From IMG/VR virus record IMGVR_UViG_3300025575_000014, positions 1,393 to 65,392 of that record: 64,000 nt of DNA, one strand, 5' to 3'. The translations under genes were made by a program, and so were the position numbers. Below the pieces are notes generated by a model. The model saw nothing but the letters and a program-made list of their open reading frames with translations. It did no database searches and was not told the DNA's origin. The DNA is from a virus. Its lineage: Duplodnaviria; Caudoviricetes. Shown piece after piece: positions 27,537-35,625 of the stretch; the stretch's first letter is position 1; the number at the start of each line of letters is the position of its first letter.

Positions 27537-28289
27537 TTAACTTTTAGTTATTTTTCTTACACCTTCAGGTGTTAATAATGTCGGCATCCTTTCGCCTAAC
27601 TTTTTGTAGTCGATCTCCTCTTTTAAATTGAAACTTTCTAGCGTCAATCTAGTTCTCAAAGTGTCTATGGAAATATCGTATTCTTCAGCTATTTCTCTCA
27701 TAGTTTTAAACCCTTTTAAATTTATGGTATTGCCAAGTTGTTTTATTATCGCATTTTTTATACAGTTTTCTGCATATAATCTTGAAGAAAATTTCTCGAT
27801 ATTTTTATCATTTCCCCAAAACTTTATAACATCTAAATACCATCTTTCATCTTCAAATATAAAACTAACCACTTTTTCATCTTTAAGATAGTGTATTTCT
27901 CCGTTTTCATCTATTATTATTGCACCATCATTTCTTCTAGTTTGATTTTCTAAACAAATTTCATCCCATTTTTTTAAAATTTTATCGCTATTATTTGAAA
28001 TTAATTCTCCCCAGTTCGGTATTTCTTGGTTTTTACTCTTTAAGTTTTCTAGTTTATAGACTAATTCATCTATGTTTATAATATCATCCTCATAATCGCA
28101 TATGGTATTAAAGCCATTTTCCCACCCTCTATCATGACGTGATGCGTAATTAGTAAGTATTGCAGTGTGTATTTTTTCAATTATCAGATCAAATACGTCA
28201 CTGACGGTTCCGCTTTTATCCAATATATTGTTTTGCTGATTTGCATACTTCGATAATTCTACTAATTGTTTCAATGTCTCTTTATTCAT
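27537..28289 (-). CDS. Hypothetical protein with C-terminal HTH
   Basis: TMREIAEEYDISIDTLRTRL HTH at the C-terminus. Confidence 0.7.
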   Translation of the reverse strand: MNKETLKQLVELSKYANQQNNILDKSGTVSDVFDLIIEKIHTAILTNYASRHDRGWENGFNTICDYEDDIINIDELVYKLENLKSKNQEIPNWGELISNNSDKILKKWDEICLENQTRRNDGAIIIDENGEIHYLKDEKVVSFIFEDERWYLDVIKFWGNDKNIEKFSSRLYAENCIKNAIIKQLGNTINLKGFKTMREIAEEYDISIDTLRTRLTLESFNLKEEIDYKKLGERMPTLLTPEGVRKITKS

Positions 28290-28291
28290 TT

Positions 28292-28489
28292 TTACACACC
28301 CCTTTTATTGTTTTTCATATACTTTAAAAATTCATAATTTCCGTTTGTTGATTTAAGGTTTTTTCTCCACGTACACCTAGCTTCTCTAAAAGTCATACAT
28401 TTAGGTATGTCGGTATCGCGTTGAACTATCTTATTTAATAGTTTTTGATATACATTCATTGATATTTGCCCCCTCTTTATTTTAAACAT
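28292..28489 (-). CDS. Hypothetical protein (probable start 28459)
   Basis: AGAGGGG RBS before MNVYQK; first gene after the consensus promoter. Confidence 0.55.
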   Translation of the reverse strand: MFKIKRGQISMNVYQKLLNKIVQRDTDIPKCMTFREARCTWRKNLKSTNGNYEFLKYMKNNKRGV

Positions 28490-28515
28490 TATTTAACTAA
28501 CTCTCTATACTTCAT

Positions 28516-28544
28516 ATTATACACACACGTGTGTGTATTGTCAA
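28516..28544 (-). promoter_or_regulatory. Perfect SigA promoter TTGACA-N17-TATAAT containing a 20-bp palindrome
   Basis: Palindrome ATACACACACGTGTGTGTAT at 28519-28538 fills the spacer. Confidence 0.9.
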
Positions 28545-28556
28545 TCATTTCTAATA

Positions 28557-28587
28557 AATAAAAAAGAGAAAGGTTTTATCCTCTCTC
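28557..28587 (-). terminator. Intrinsic terminator (repeat family)
   Basis: Near-identical to 27501-27531. Confidence 0.8.
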
Positions 28588-28676
28588 CATCCCAGCACAA
28601 CTCTCAATAGATTGATTAACCTCACTTGAACTTATTTTCAATTCCTGCATTGTTTCCAGAACTCTTTCTCTTGTAT

Positions 28677-28886
28677 TCATCTTTCTAACTCATTTTCATA
28701 TTGATTCGGAGCAAATTTCAAAGATATTATTTCAATAGGTTCGTTGATGTTTTCTTTTATTTTTATATTCCAAAATTCTTGTTGGTCATTTCTATATATA
28801 TCCGCAACTTTACGAGTTAATAAGAGTTCCTCTTTAAGAATTTTATTTTCATTGATTAAAGTAGTAAGTTTATTTTTGAATATCAT
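28677..28886 (-). CDS. Hypothetical protein
   Basis: 69-aa ORF with AAGGAG RBS. Confidence 0.6.
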   Translation of the reverse strand: MIFKNKLTTLINENKILKEELLLTRKVADIYRNDQQEFWNIKIKENINEPIEIISLKFAPNQYENELER

Positions 28887-28901
28887 TCTCCAACTCCTTT
28901 T

Positions 28902-29090
28902 TTATTCTTTTTCTCTTTCATTCTCATATTCATGCTCGCAATTTCTTGATCCGTAATAATTGCAGGAATCTTTTATACTTTCAACCATGATTTCATGTCG
29001 TGCATTTTCCCATTCTTTAGCTTCTTCTGTTTTACATTCATTTAACATAATAGAATGATATACGTTTTCTAGTGCTGCAGCTGCATTCAT
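28902..29090 (-). CDS. Hypothetical acidic protein
   Basis: 62-aa ORF with AAGGAG RBS. Confidence 0.6.
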   Translation of the reverse strand: MNAAAALENVYHSIMLNECKTEEAKEWENARHEIMVESIKDSCNYYGSRNCEHEYENEREKE

Positions 29091-29111
29091 TAATATTCTC
29101 CTTATTTATTG

Positions 29112-29273
29112 TTATAAATCTATATCAACCACTGGAAAATTTATTTTATATCTCATTTCTTCTTTGAAATTTTCAAACTGGTTATATCTTTTGAGAAATT
29201 CTTTTTCTGTGATTATTCCTCTTTGTTCCTGCGCTATAAAATGACCAATTATTTGATTAAACATTTCAGACAT
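29112..29273 (-). CDS. 53-aa hypothetical protein
   Basis: Manual ORF MSEMFNQIIGHFIAQEQRG...VDIDL. Confidence 0.45.
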   Translation of the reverse strand: MSEMFNQIIGHFIAQEQRGIITEKEFLKRYNQFENFKEEMRYKINFPVVDIDL

Positions 29274-29464
29274 TTTTTTATTCATTTTTCTAACTCCTTA
29301 TCATTGCTACCAATACTGAACTCTATTATGTGTTTATATTCCATATCTAAACTAAATTTAATTTCTTTTAGCCTTCCATCAGCATCAACCGAAAAGTACT
29401 TTTCATTTTTACCATTTTCTACGCAAATTCCATTTTTATAATCATATAGGTTATATTGTTAATT

Positions 29465-30433
29465 TCATTCTCTTTCATTCTCCTTGTTACTAATATGCTC
29501 GCATTCTTTAATTGCTTGGTCTATGAGATATTGAGGAACTTTATATTTTTGACTTAACATGTTTAATGCTTGCTTGTAAATATATTTACTTTCTTTCAGG
29601 TTATCAATACATTTAATTAGTTCCTTGGCTTCTGTAATGGCTTTGTCCTTTTCTAAACTATTTTTGTTACTATAATTTTTATACACTTGTAACGTCCTCT
29701 CAATTGCTTTAATTTTGATTTCTTGGAGTTCGGAATTTCTAGCTTTTGCTAGCATTTGTTTATGGTCATTCTCATTTAACTTCTTTTCTATTGCTGCATA
29801 CCATGCTTTTACTTCCATGTGCTTGCGCTTGCTATATTTAACACCTCTATTAAGGCATTTAAAGCGTTGTTTCATGTGGTTGCTATAATTAGTCTGCCAC
29901 TCTCTCATTTTCTCTACACCATCAAAATATCGCGTATTAGATAATATGCTTTCATTTTTCTTGTTTTTAAATTTAGGCACTATGAGAGCGTGAATATGCC
30001 AAGTTTTTTCATCTTTGTGTAAAGTTGCATAGACACAATTACTCCCAAAGTTATCTTTTAGGAATTTAGCATTATCGTTTTTCCATAATTCTAAATCCGT
30101 TTTTGATAATCCTTTAAAAAAGTCAGGTGATGCGGACATTAATAACGATCTTGCTATTATTGCATTTTTTCTTAATTTAATATCTGTTATATAGTTTTTG
30201 ACATTATTGATTACGTTTTTATCGCCTATTAATATTTCGTTTTTTATATTAGTATTTGCATTTGCAACTTCGTTTTCTCGTTCCATATGATTAACAAATC
30301 CATTTAATGAATTGACGGTTTTGTATTTGTCAGCTATTCTAAATATTGCATAATAAAAATTTGAGTTTTTACTTATAGTTATGTCTTTCAATTTTTCTGT
30401 TTTAACTGGTGTTCTAAAATCTTCCCAACTCAT
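29465..30433 (-). CDS. mobV: MOBV (Mob/Pre) relaxase
   Basis: YAIFRI..K, NHMER (catalytic His region), RKNAIIARSLLMSASPDFF, ATLHKDEKTWHIHALIVP (HxDE..H.H), WQTNY...LNRG; coiled-coil C-terminus. Confidence 0.92.
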   Translation of the reverse strand: MSWEDFRTPVKTEKLKDITISKNSNFYYAIFRIADKYKTVNSLNGFVNHMERENEVANANTNIKNEILIGDKNVINNVKNYITDIKLRKNAIIARSLLMSASPDFFKGLSKTDLELWKNDNAKFLKDNFGSNCVYATLHKDEKTWHIHALIVPKFKNKKNESILSNTRYFDGVEKMREWQTNYSNHMKQRFKCLNRGVKYSKRKHMEVKAWYAAIEKKLNENDHKQMLAKARNSELQEIKIKAIERTLQVYKNYSNKNSLEKDKAITEAKELIKCIDNLKESKYIYKQALNMLSQKYKVPQYLIDQAIKECEHISNKENERE

Positions 30434-30466
30434 TTATTTGCTCCTTGTTTATTGTTTTGCAAAATG

Positions 30467-30482
30467 CCGTACTGAGTTACGG
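30467..30482. promoter_or_regulatory. Candidate oriT hairpin
   Basis: CCGTA-CTGAGT-TACGG inverted repeat ~35 bp upstream of mobV; MOBV oriTs typically are hairpins at the mob promoter, and the GAG|TTAC loop resembles the pMV158 GTG|TTAT nick context. Confidence 0.35.
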
Positions 30483-30550
30483 TTTATATTCCTATCTAAT
30501 TACTAGGTTTTACCATATGCAACCTTCAGAATCTGTTTTTTATGTTACCA

Positions 30551-31915
30551 TTAATTACTAACTTTTTGTACATTGTTTGCATATTTTGGTTGATTATAGT
30601 AAATGTTTTGATTGTCTAAAAATGGCAATTTATTATGAGCAATTATTAATACCATGTCATCGTTTATACGTCTGATTTCACCTGGTGTAAATAATTTCTT
30701 AGTAGTAGTTCCTGTTGTTACTTTGTCACCGTTATGTGTCTCTGTTTTCACTTCTCTATCATCACATAAATTTGAAATATAACTCATTGTTTTATAATCA
30801 GAAATAGAAGGTAGTATAACTTTAGATTTAAGATTATTCAGAATTGTGGTTGCGTTATTCTCGCCATATATTTCATAGAGTTTTGATATATTTTGTAAGC
30901 ATACTAAAAATCCAACTTCTTCTGATCTACATACTGAAACCGTTTCTTCAAAATTTGATATTTTACCAATATTCTGAAATTCATCGAGCATGAATAATAT
31001 CGGTAATCCTTTATTGTGCATAACCTTGTCAATTAATTGAGTATAGAATACCGATAAGAACGGTGATAGGTATTTACTCTTTGACGTATCATATTTGATG
31101 TACAATGCAATAGGTCTAGTTCTTAAATCGAGCGGCTTAAAATCGCTATTAGAGGTATTGTTGATTATTTTGTGATCTGTGAATAACTGTAGACTTGTTA
31201 ATAACGTTGACATTATGCTTGACATTGTTTTTGGACTTCCAGCACTAGCCATAAATATTTTAAATTGTATAGAAATATCTTCATTTTGATTATTACCTAA
31301 TATTTCTGTTAATTCCTCTAGTGGTGTATTGATTATAAGTTTTAAAGCTTGCGATATATTTTTACTGTATAATAAAGCACTTGTGAATAAAGGAATACTC
31401 ATGTTTTCCCATTCATTTCCGCTTTTCCCTGAACCACCATTAACAATTAAATTGCTTGCTAATTCTCTAACTTCTGTAAATCCTTCGCAGTTTTCTAAAA
31501 GATTGTATTTTGCATGTTTGCCTAAAGGCTCAAACAATATCGGTTCTCTGCCTATACTTCTTTGATACTCACTCGTTAAATCCCACAACTCACCTTTAGG
31601 ATCACCTATTATAAGGCTACTTTTAGGCAAATCATCGCTTAATAGATTAGGCAGAGGAATACTTGTTGTCTTCCCTTCTCCTGTTGGTGCTATAACACAG
31701 ACACCTTCTAATGTCTTCTTGAAGGTCAATTGAAACTCTTTTGATAATACTAGTCCGTCTGTTCCAGTAAGTTTTCCTAAATCCTTTTTAGTACCTAATT
31801 TTGAGGTTGCTAGTTTTTGCTTATTTTTTCTAAATAATAAAACTATATCTATAACCGGGATGCACATTGCTAACCATAATAATTTTTGCATCATTACGAA
31901 CTCTTCCACCGACAA
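30551..31915 (-). CDS. virD4: VirD4/TraG-like type IV coupling protein
   Basis: One N-terminal TM, Walker A APTGEGKT, GDPKGE, Walker B FMLDEFQNIG, LQNISKLYEIYG, ILNN...LFTPGEI. Confidence 0.92.
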   Translation of the reverse strand: MSVEEFVMMQKLLWLAMCIPVIDIVLLFRKNKQKLATSKLGTKKDLGKLTGTDGLVLSKEFQLTFKKTLEGVCVIAPTGEGKTTSIPLPNLLSDDLPKSSLIIGDPKGELWDLTSEYQRSIGREPILFEPLGKHAKYNLLENCEGFTEVRELASNLIVNGGSGKSGNEWENMSIPLFTSALLYSKNISQALKLIINTPLEELTEILGNNQNEDISIQFKIFMASAGSPKTMSSIMSTLLTSLQLFTDHKIINNTSNSDFKPLDLRTRPIALYIKYDTSKSKYLSPFLSVFYTQLIDKVMHNKGLPILFMLDEFQNIGKISNFEETVSVCRSEEVGFLVCLQNISKLYEIYGENNATTILNNLKSKVILPSISDYKTMSYISNLCDDREVKTETHNGDKVTTGTTTKKLFTPGEIRRINDDMVLIIAHNKLPFLDNQNIYYNQPKYANNVQKVSN

Positions 31916-31976
31916 TTACTCCTTGTATATTGATTGTAGATATGGGGTATACTTAAATTTAAAAGGAAGTGATATT

Positions 31977-32054
31977 ATGATATTATTATTAAGTGTTGGT
32001 GAAGTTTTGAGTTGGTGCGCTGCTGCTTATTGCTTGTATCGAGGTTTGTTTTAA
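31977..32054 (+). CDS. 25-aa hydrophobic peptide
   Basis: MILLLSVGEVLSWCAAAYCLYRGLF after AAAGGAAGTG RBS; stop overlaps the stop of the convergent RHH gene. Confidence 0.45.
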   Translation: MILLLSVGEVLSWCAAAYCLYRGLF

Positions 32055-32218
32055 ATTTCTTCAAGTCCGTCTTTTGATGATTTATTAAGACTTATATATT
32101 TCAGATAAAATTCACATGCTTCTTTTATAAATGCTGATTTTTCCTCCATGGCGTATATGGCTGCATAGATTTTTTGGTCTTTAGTTGTGTTCTTAAAACT
32201 TACAACTATTTTTGACAT
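32051..32218 (-). CDS. 55-aa RHH/ParR-like DNA-binding protein
   Basis: MSKIVVSFKNTTKDQKIYAAIYAMEEKSAFIKEACEFY; AAGAAGGA RBS. Confidence 0.7.
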   Translation of the reverse strand: MSKIVVSFKNTTKDQKIYAAIYAMEEKSAFIKEACEFYLKYISLNKSSKDGLEEI

Positions 32219-32436
32219 ATTTACGTCCTTCTTTGTATTGTTGTATTAATAATATATACAAAGTTTAATCAATTGGTTACAATGAATTACTCCATAAATA
32301 AGAAAAAGTCTAGCAAATGCTAAACTTTTAAATAAACTTTAATTGTTGGTTTTTATCAGAATAGCCTAAAAATTTTAATATTATTCTTTCTCGCTTTTTA
32401 CCGTAATATTCACTTTTAGTACTACTTTGTAGCTAA

Positions 32437-32610
32437 TTAAAAATCTAAATCAAAATCACTTTCCTGTTTTTTTTCATTTTTCATAACTTTAACCGGCATT
32501 TCTTTTTTTATTAACCCTTTAATATAAATGCTAGGACTTAACTGAGATAAGAGAAAATTATACATGTCTTTCTCTGTTTCTTTAAACGAAATGCTAACTT
32601 TTAAAGCCAA
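32437..32610 (-). CDS. ParR-like partition adaptor (57 aa)
   Basis: MALKVSISFKETEKDMYNFLLSQLSPSIYIKGLIKKEM...DFDLDF: RHH N-terminus and acidic tail; TTG start overlaps the parM stop. Confidence 0.75.
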   Translation of the reverse strand: MALKVSISFKETEKDMYNFLLSQLSPSIYIKGLIKKEMPVKVMKNEKKQESDFDLDF

Positions 32611-33458
32611 ATTGATTCACCTCTTTTTTTAAAACCTCTGCTATTGGCAAATATTGAATCTTCTATTAATTGAACATTAGGTATTCTATTTTTAAACGCT
32701 TTATGAAGCATTATAGCTCCACCACCAACTAACATAATGTCTAAGGTCTTGATACTATACCCAACTTGTAACTCATTCACAAGCCCTTCTACATAGCTTT
32801 TAAATATATCTAATGCAAAACCAATATTTCTATCTTCTCCATATATTTTTAATCCATTTTTAATTAATCTTGGTGCATCATCAGCTTTTAGATCAAGTGC
32901 ATATTTGCTATTAACCATTTTTATAAAATCTGAATATAAATTTAAGGTCCCAATAGGCAAACTATATGGTTTTTTAACTTTTTTATTTTCTAACAATGCG
33001 ATATCAGTTGTTCTACCTCCGATATCTACAATAACACCGTTAAATTCTTTGTTTATTAAAGCAGCAATGCCCTCTGGATATACTTCTATATCTTCAATTA
33101 TTAGCTTTCTTTCAATCCCATTTAAACCAATATTCTGCATCCTGTCTTTTAATAATAATTCTTTAAAAGCATTTTTATCTTCTTTGTATTGACTAAGAGG
33201 TAAACCCACACAAATCTGATTATTTATTTCATCCGTACTCATTGCTACCGCCGCAAGAAACATTTCTTTAATATATTCTTTTTTAATCTTACGGTATTCA
33301 GTATTATATGAACCTTCTTCCATATAAAAAGTACCATCCATGGTTGTTAACGCAATGGAACTGTCAAGTATATTGTCCGTCTTTGCAACTTTAGACGTAA
33401 AATTAACACCCTTTGAGGTTTTTGTTGCATAATTACCTAAATCCACACCTATTATCAT
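32601..33458 (-). CDS. parM: ParM/StbA-family actin-like partition ATPase
   Basis: Phosphate-1 GVDLGNYATK, VYPEG, phosphate-2 IVDIGGRTTD, adenosine LVGGGA, connect FANSRGF. Confidence 0.92.
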   Translation of the reverse strand: MIIGVDLGNYATKTSKGVNFTSKVAKTDNILDSSIALTTMDGTFYMEEGSYNTEYRKIKKEYIKEMFLAAVAMSTDEINNQICVGLPLSQYKEDKNAFKELLLKDRMQNIGLNGIERKLIIEDIEVYPEGIAALINKEFNGVIVDIGGRTTDIALLENKKVKKPYSLPIGTLNLYSDFIKMVNSKYALDLKADDAPRLIKNGLKIYGEDRNIGFALDIFKSYVEGLVNELQVGYSIKTLDIMLVGGGAIMLHKAFKNRIPNVQLIEDSIFANSRGFKKRGESIWL

Positions 33459-33539
33459 TAAATATATCTCCTTTTAACTACTTCTTACTATATAGTATTC
33501 CATATTGAGCAAAATGTAACCAATGTTGTTTTGCAAAAT

Positions 33540-33586
33540 AAAAAACCCATATACTTACATGAAAGGCAAGCATACAGGCTTTAAAC
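33540..33586 (-). terminator. Intrinsic terminator isolating the par operon from upstream phage genes
   Basis: 14-bp G:U-rich stem GCCTGTATGCTTGC/GTAAGTATATGGGT followed by a T run. Confidence 0.7.
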
Positions 33587-33715
33587 TATTGTGGAATTAT
33601 ATTATTTTATTACAGCAAACATTCAAGAACCTATTACATAATTTGATCTACTTATATTATACAACATATTTACAGTTATAAATTTAATTATGTCAGATTA
33701 TTTTTGAAGCACGTC

Positions 33716-33898
33716 TTATAATAGTTCTGGTGATAATTCACTTTTAAGCCAACCTACACCCTCTAACTTAACTACCCATATGTCATATACATTTTTATCT
33801 TCAATGAAAGGCTTACACTTGCTTTTAAGCATTTCTACATTGTTTGCTTCTACAATATGTGTCCTACCATTAATATAACTAATTCTTGCTTCTAACAT
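33716..33898 (-). CDS. Hypothetical protein
   Basis: 60-aa ORF with AGGAGG RBS. Confidence 0.6.
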   Translation of the reverse strand: MLEARISYINGRTHIVEANNVEMLKSKCKPFIEDKNVYDIWVVKLEGVGWLKSELSPELL

Positions 33899-33927
33899 AG
33901 CCCATTCCTCCTTAATTTTTATTCCGA

Positions 33928-34239
33928 CTATCTCATTCTCTCTTTTACTCTCATACCAATATCAGAAATTATTTTATTTAATCTCTTATTCTCTACCATA
34001 AGCACATCATAATCACGTTCAGCAGAATCAATACCTAACAAAGTATCTACTGAGACATTAAAGGTTTTGGCTATTAGCACTATTCTGTCTAAAGAAGGTT
34101 CTCTGTCACCTATCTCGATATGGCTTATCATTGATTTACTGTATTTTAATTTATTTGCTAATTCTAATATGTTCCAATTGTTCCGCTTGCGTAATTTTCT
34201 TACCATTTCCCCGAATATATTAATACGTTTCATCCCCAT
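33928..34239 (-). CDS. XRE-family HTH regulator
   Basis: FGEMVRKLRKRNNWNILELANKLKYSKSMISHIEIGDREPS...FNVSVDTLLG. Confidence 0.88.
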   Translation of the reverse strand: MGMKRINIFGEMVRKLRKRNNWNILELANKLKYSKSMISHIEIGDREPSLDRIVLIAKTFNVSVDTLLGIDSAERDYDVLMVENKRLNKIISDIGMRVKERMR

Positions 34240-34244
34240 TCTTA

Positions 34245-34436
34245 TTACATCTTTTCAATTAACCATAATCCAACTTTAATTTCTAAATTATCAATTGCTA
34301 TCGCGAAGTTTTTCAAAGTTTCTTTTTCATCACAAATTTTCTCAAACCCACTACAATAGCCACTTTCTCTATGAATTAACACTTTATTTTTCTTATCAAT
34401 TATTAATTCAGTATGGTCAAATAAACCTACTTTCAT
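34245..34436 (-). CDS. Hypothetical protein
   Basis: 63-aa ORF with AAAGGAG RBS. Confidence 0.6.
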   Translation of the reverse strand: MKVGLFDHTELIIDKKNKVLIHRESGYCSGFEKICDEKETLKNFAIAIDNLEIKVGLWLIEKM

Positions 34437-34721
34437 AGTTTTCTCCTTTCGGTTATCAAGTAATCCTCGTTACCTCCACGCTTGCATTTTAAACAATTCT
34501 CGATTATGCAACCACTAGCCATTAGTTTTATTCCTTAAGTATTTTTGCCAATTTTCGTTCATTTCATGAAATCCGTCATATATACGTTTTTCATCCGCTC
34601 TTAATCTCTTAGCATTTTCGTTATGCCATAGTATTTTCTGTTCATTCTCGTGTATTTTTTTATCTATGTCGCGCTCATTCATATAAATATAATCCTCCCC
34701 AGAATTTATTTTAATTCCAAA

Positions 34722-34847
34722 TTAATCTTCTCTATTAGCATCGTTATATCTTTCCTCGAACTCAATTTTGTCTATTGGCACAATCTCTTTTTCTTCACAT
34801 TCACGCACATACTTTTTATACAATTTTATAACTTTAACCCTTGTTAT
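34722..34847 (-). CDS. 41-aa protein with apparent ATA start
   Basis: GGGAGG-N7-ATA then TRVKVIKLYKKYVRECEEKEIVPIDKIEFEERY. Confidence 0.45.
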   Translation of the reverse strand: MTRVKVIKLYKKYVRECEEKEIVPIDKIEFEERYNDANRED

Positions 34848-34946
34848 AATATAACCTCCCTACCATATTTAAACATTATCATAATTATATTATATTCCTA
34901 ATTGTAATAAATAACAACTAAATGTTGAAATAATATTTAAAAATAT

Positions 34947-35159
34947 TTACTCTTTTATAGGAGTTTCCAATAACTCACCAACATCATTTTTTATTTCATC
35001 CAATTTTGTGCCTGCTGAAACCGCTGCCGAACCTTTTAAATGATTTAATAACCACAAAACCTCAGTTTCATCCTTGCATTTTTCAAATAAATCATCCAAA
35101 ATAACATCTAAAACAAAATGTTTAAGCCTTAGTTTTCCATTTTCACCTCTTGATAGCAC
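34947..35159 (-). CDS. Hypothetical protein
   Basis: 70-aa GTG-start ORF with AGGGGG RBS. Confidence 0.55.
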   Translation of the reverse strand: MLSRGENGKLRLKHFVLDVILDDLFEKCKDETEVLWLLNHLKGSAAVSAGTKLDEIKNDVGELLETPIKE

Positions 35160-35352
35160 TTTATATACCCCCTGTAATTCACAATGTAGCCTGTGATTGA
35201 TTTTTATTCGATATTTGACTAATCATACCTTTTAATATTAAATCGTCTTAGAAGGCTTATTAGTAGTTAATTTCATAACCACTAAAATGATTAAATTTAA
35301 TAATTTATTTTTATCATTAGAGTATTTGTCATAATAGAGTTGAATTAACCAA

Positions 35353-35613
35353 TTACGTATTCTGCTCATAAAATATGAAACCCCCGAGGGTAATTCTGTT
35401 CGATAATTCTTGTCCGTTTAATTCTTTATATTCAATCAACATTTTAGATAAAATCACACTATACATACTTAAAATTTTAGTATATTTATCAATTTCTTGT
35501 GGTGTCCTTTTGGAATCTTCGCAATATTCCGAACATCTATAATACAAATCTAAGCTTTCGTTGTATCTATTACAAAATTCTTTATGCTTGATTTTAAATT
35601 CCTTTTCACCCAT
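35353..35613 (-). CDS. Hypothetical protein
   Basis: 86-aa ORF with GGAGG RBS. Confidence 0.65.
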   Translation of the reverse strand: MGEKEFKIKHKEFCNRYNESLDLYYRCSEYCEDSKRTPQEIDKYTKILSMYSVILSKMLIEYKELNGQELSNRITLGGFIFYEQNT

Positions 35614-35625
35614 ATCTCTAACCTC

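Noticed and set aside
29465-33458. Self-transmissible conjugation system
   Set aside because: No VirB4, VirB6, VirB8 or other mating-pore genes in the window; at most mobilisable.
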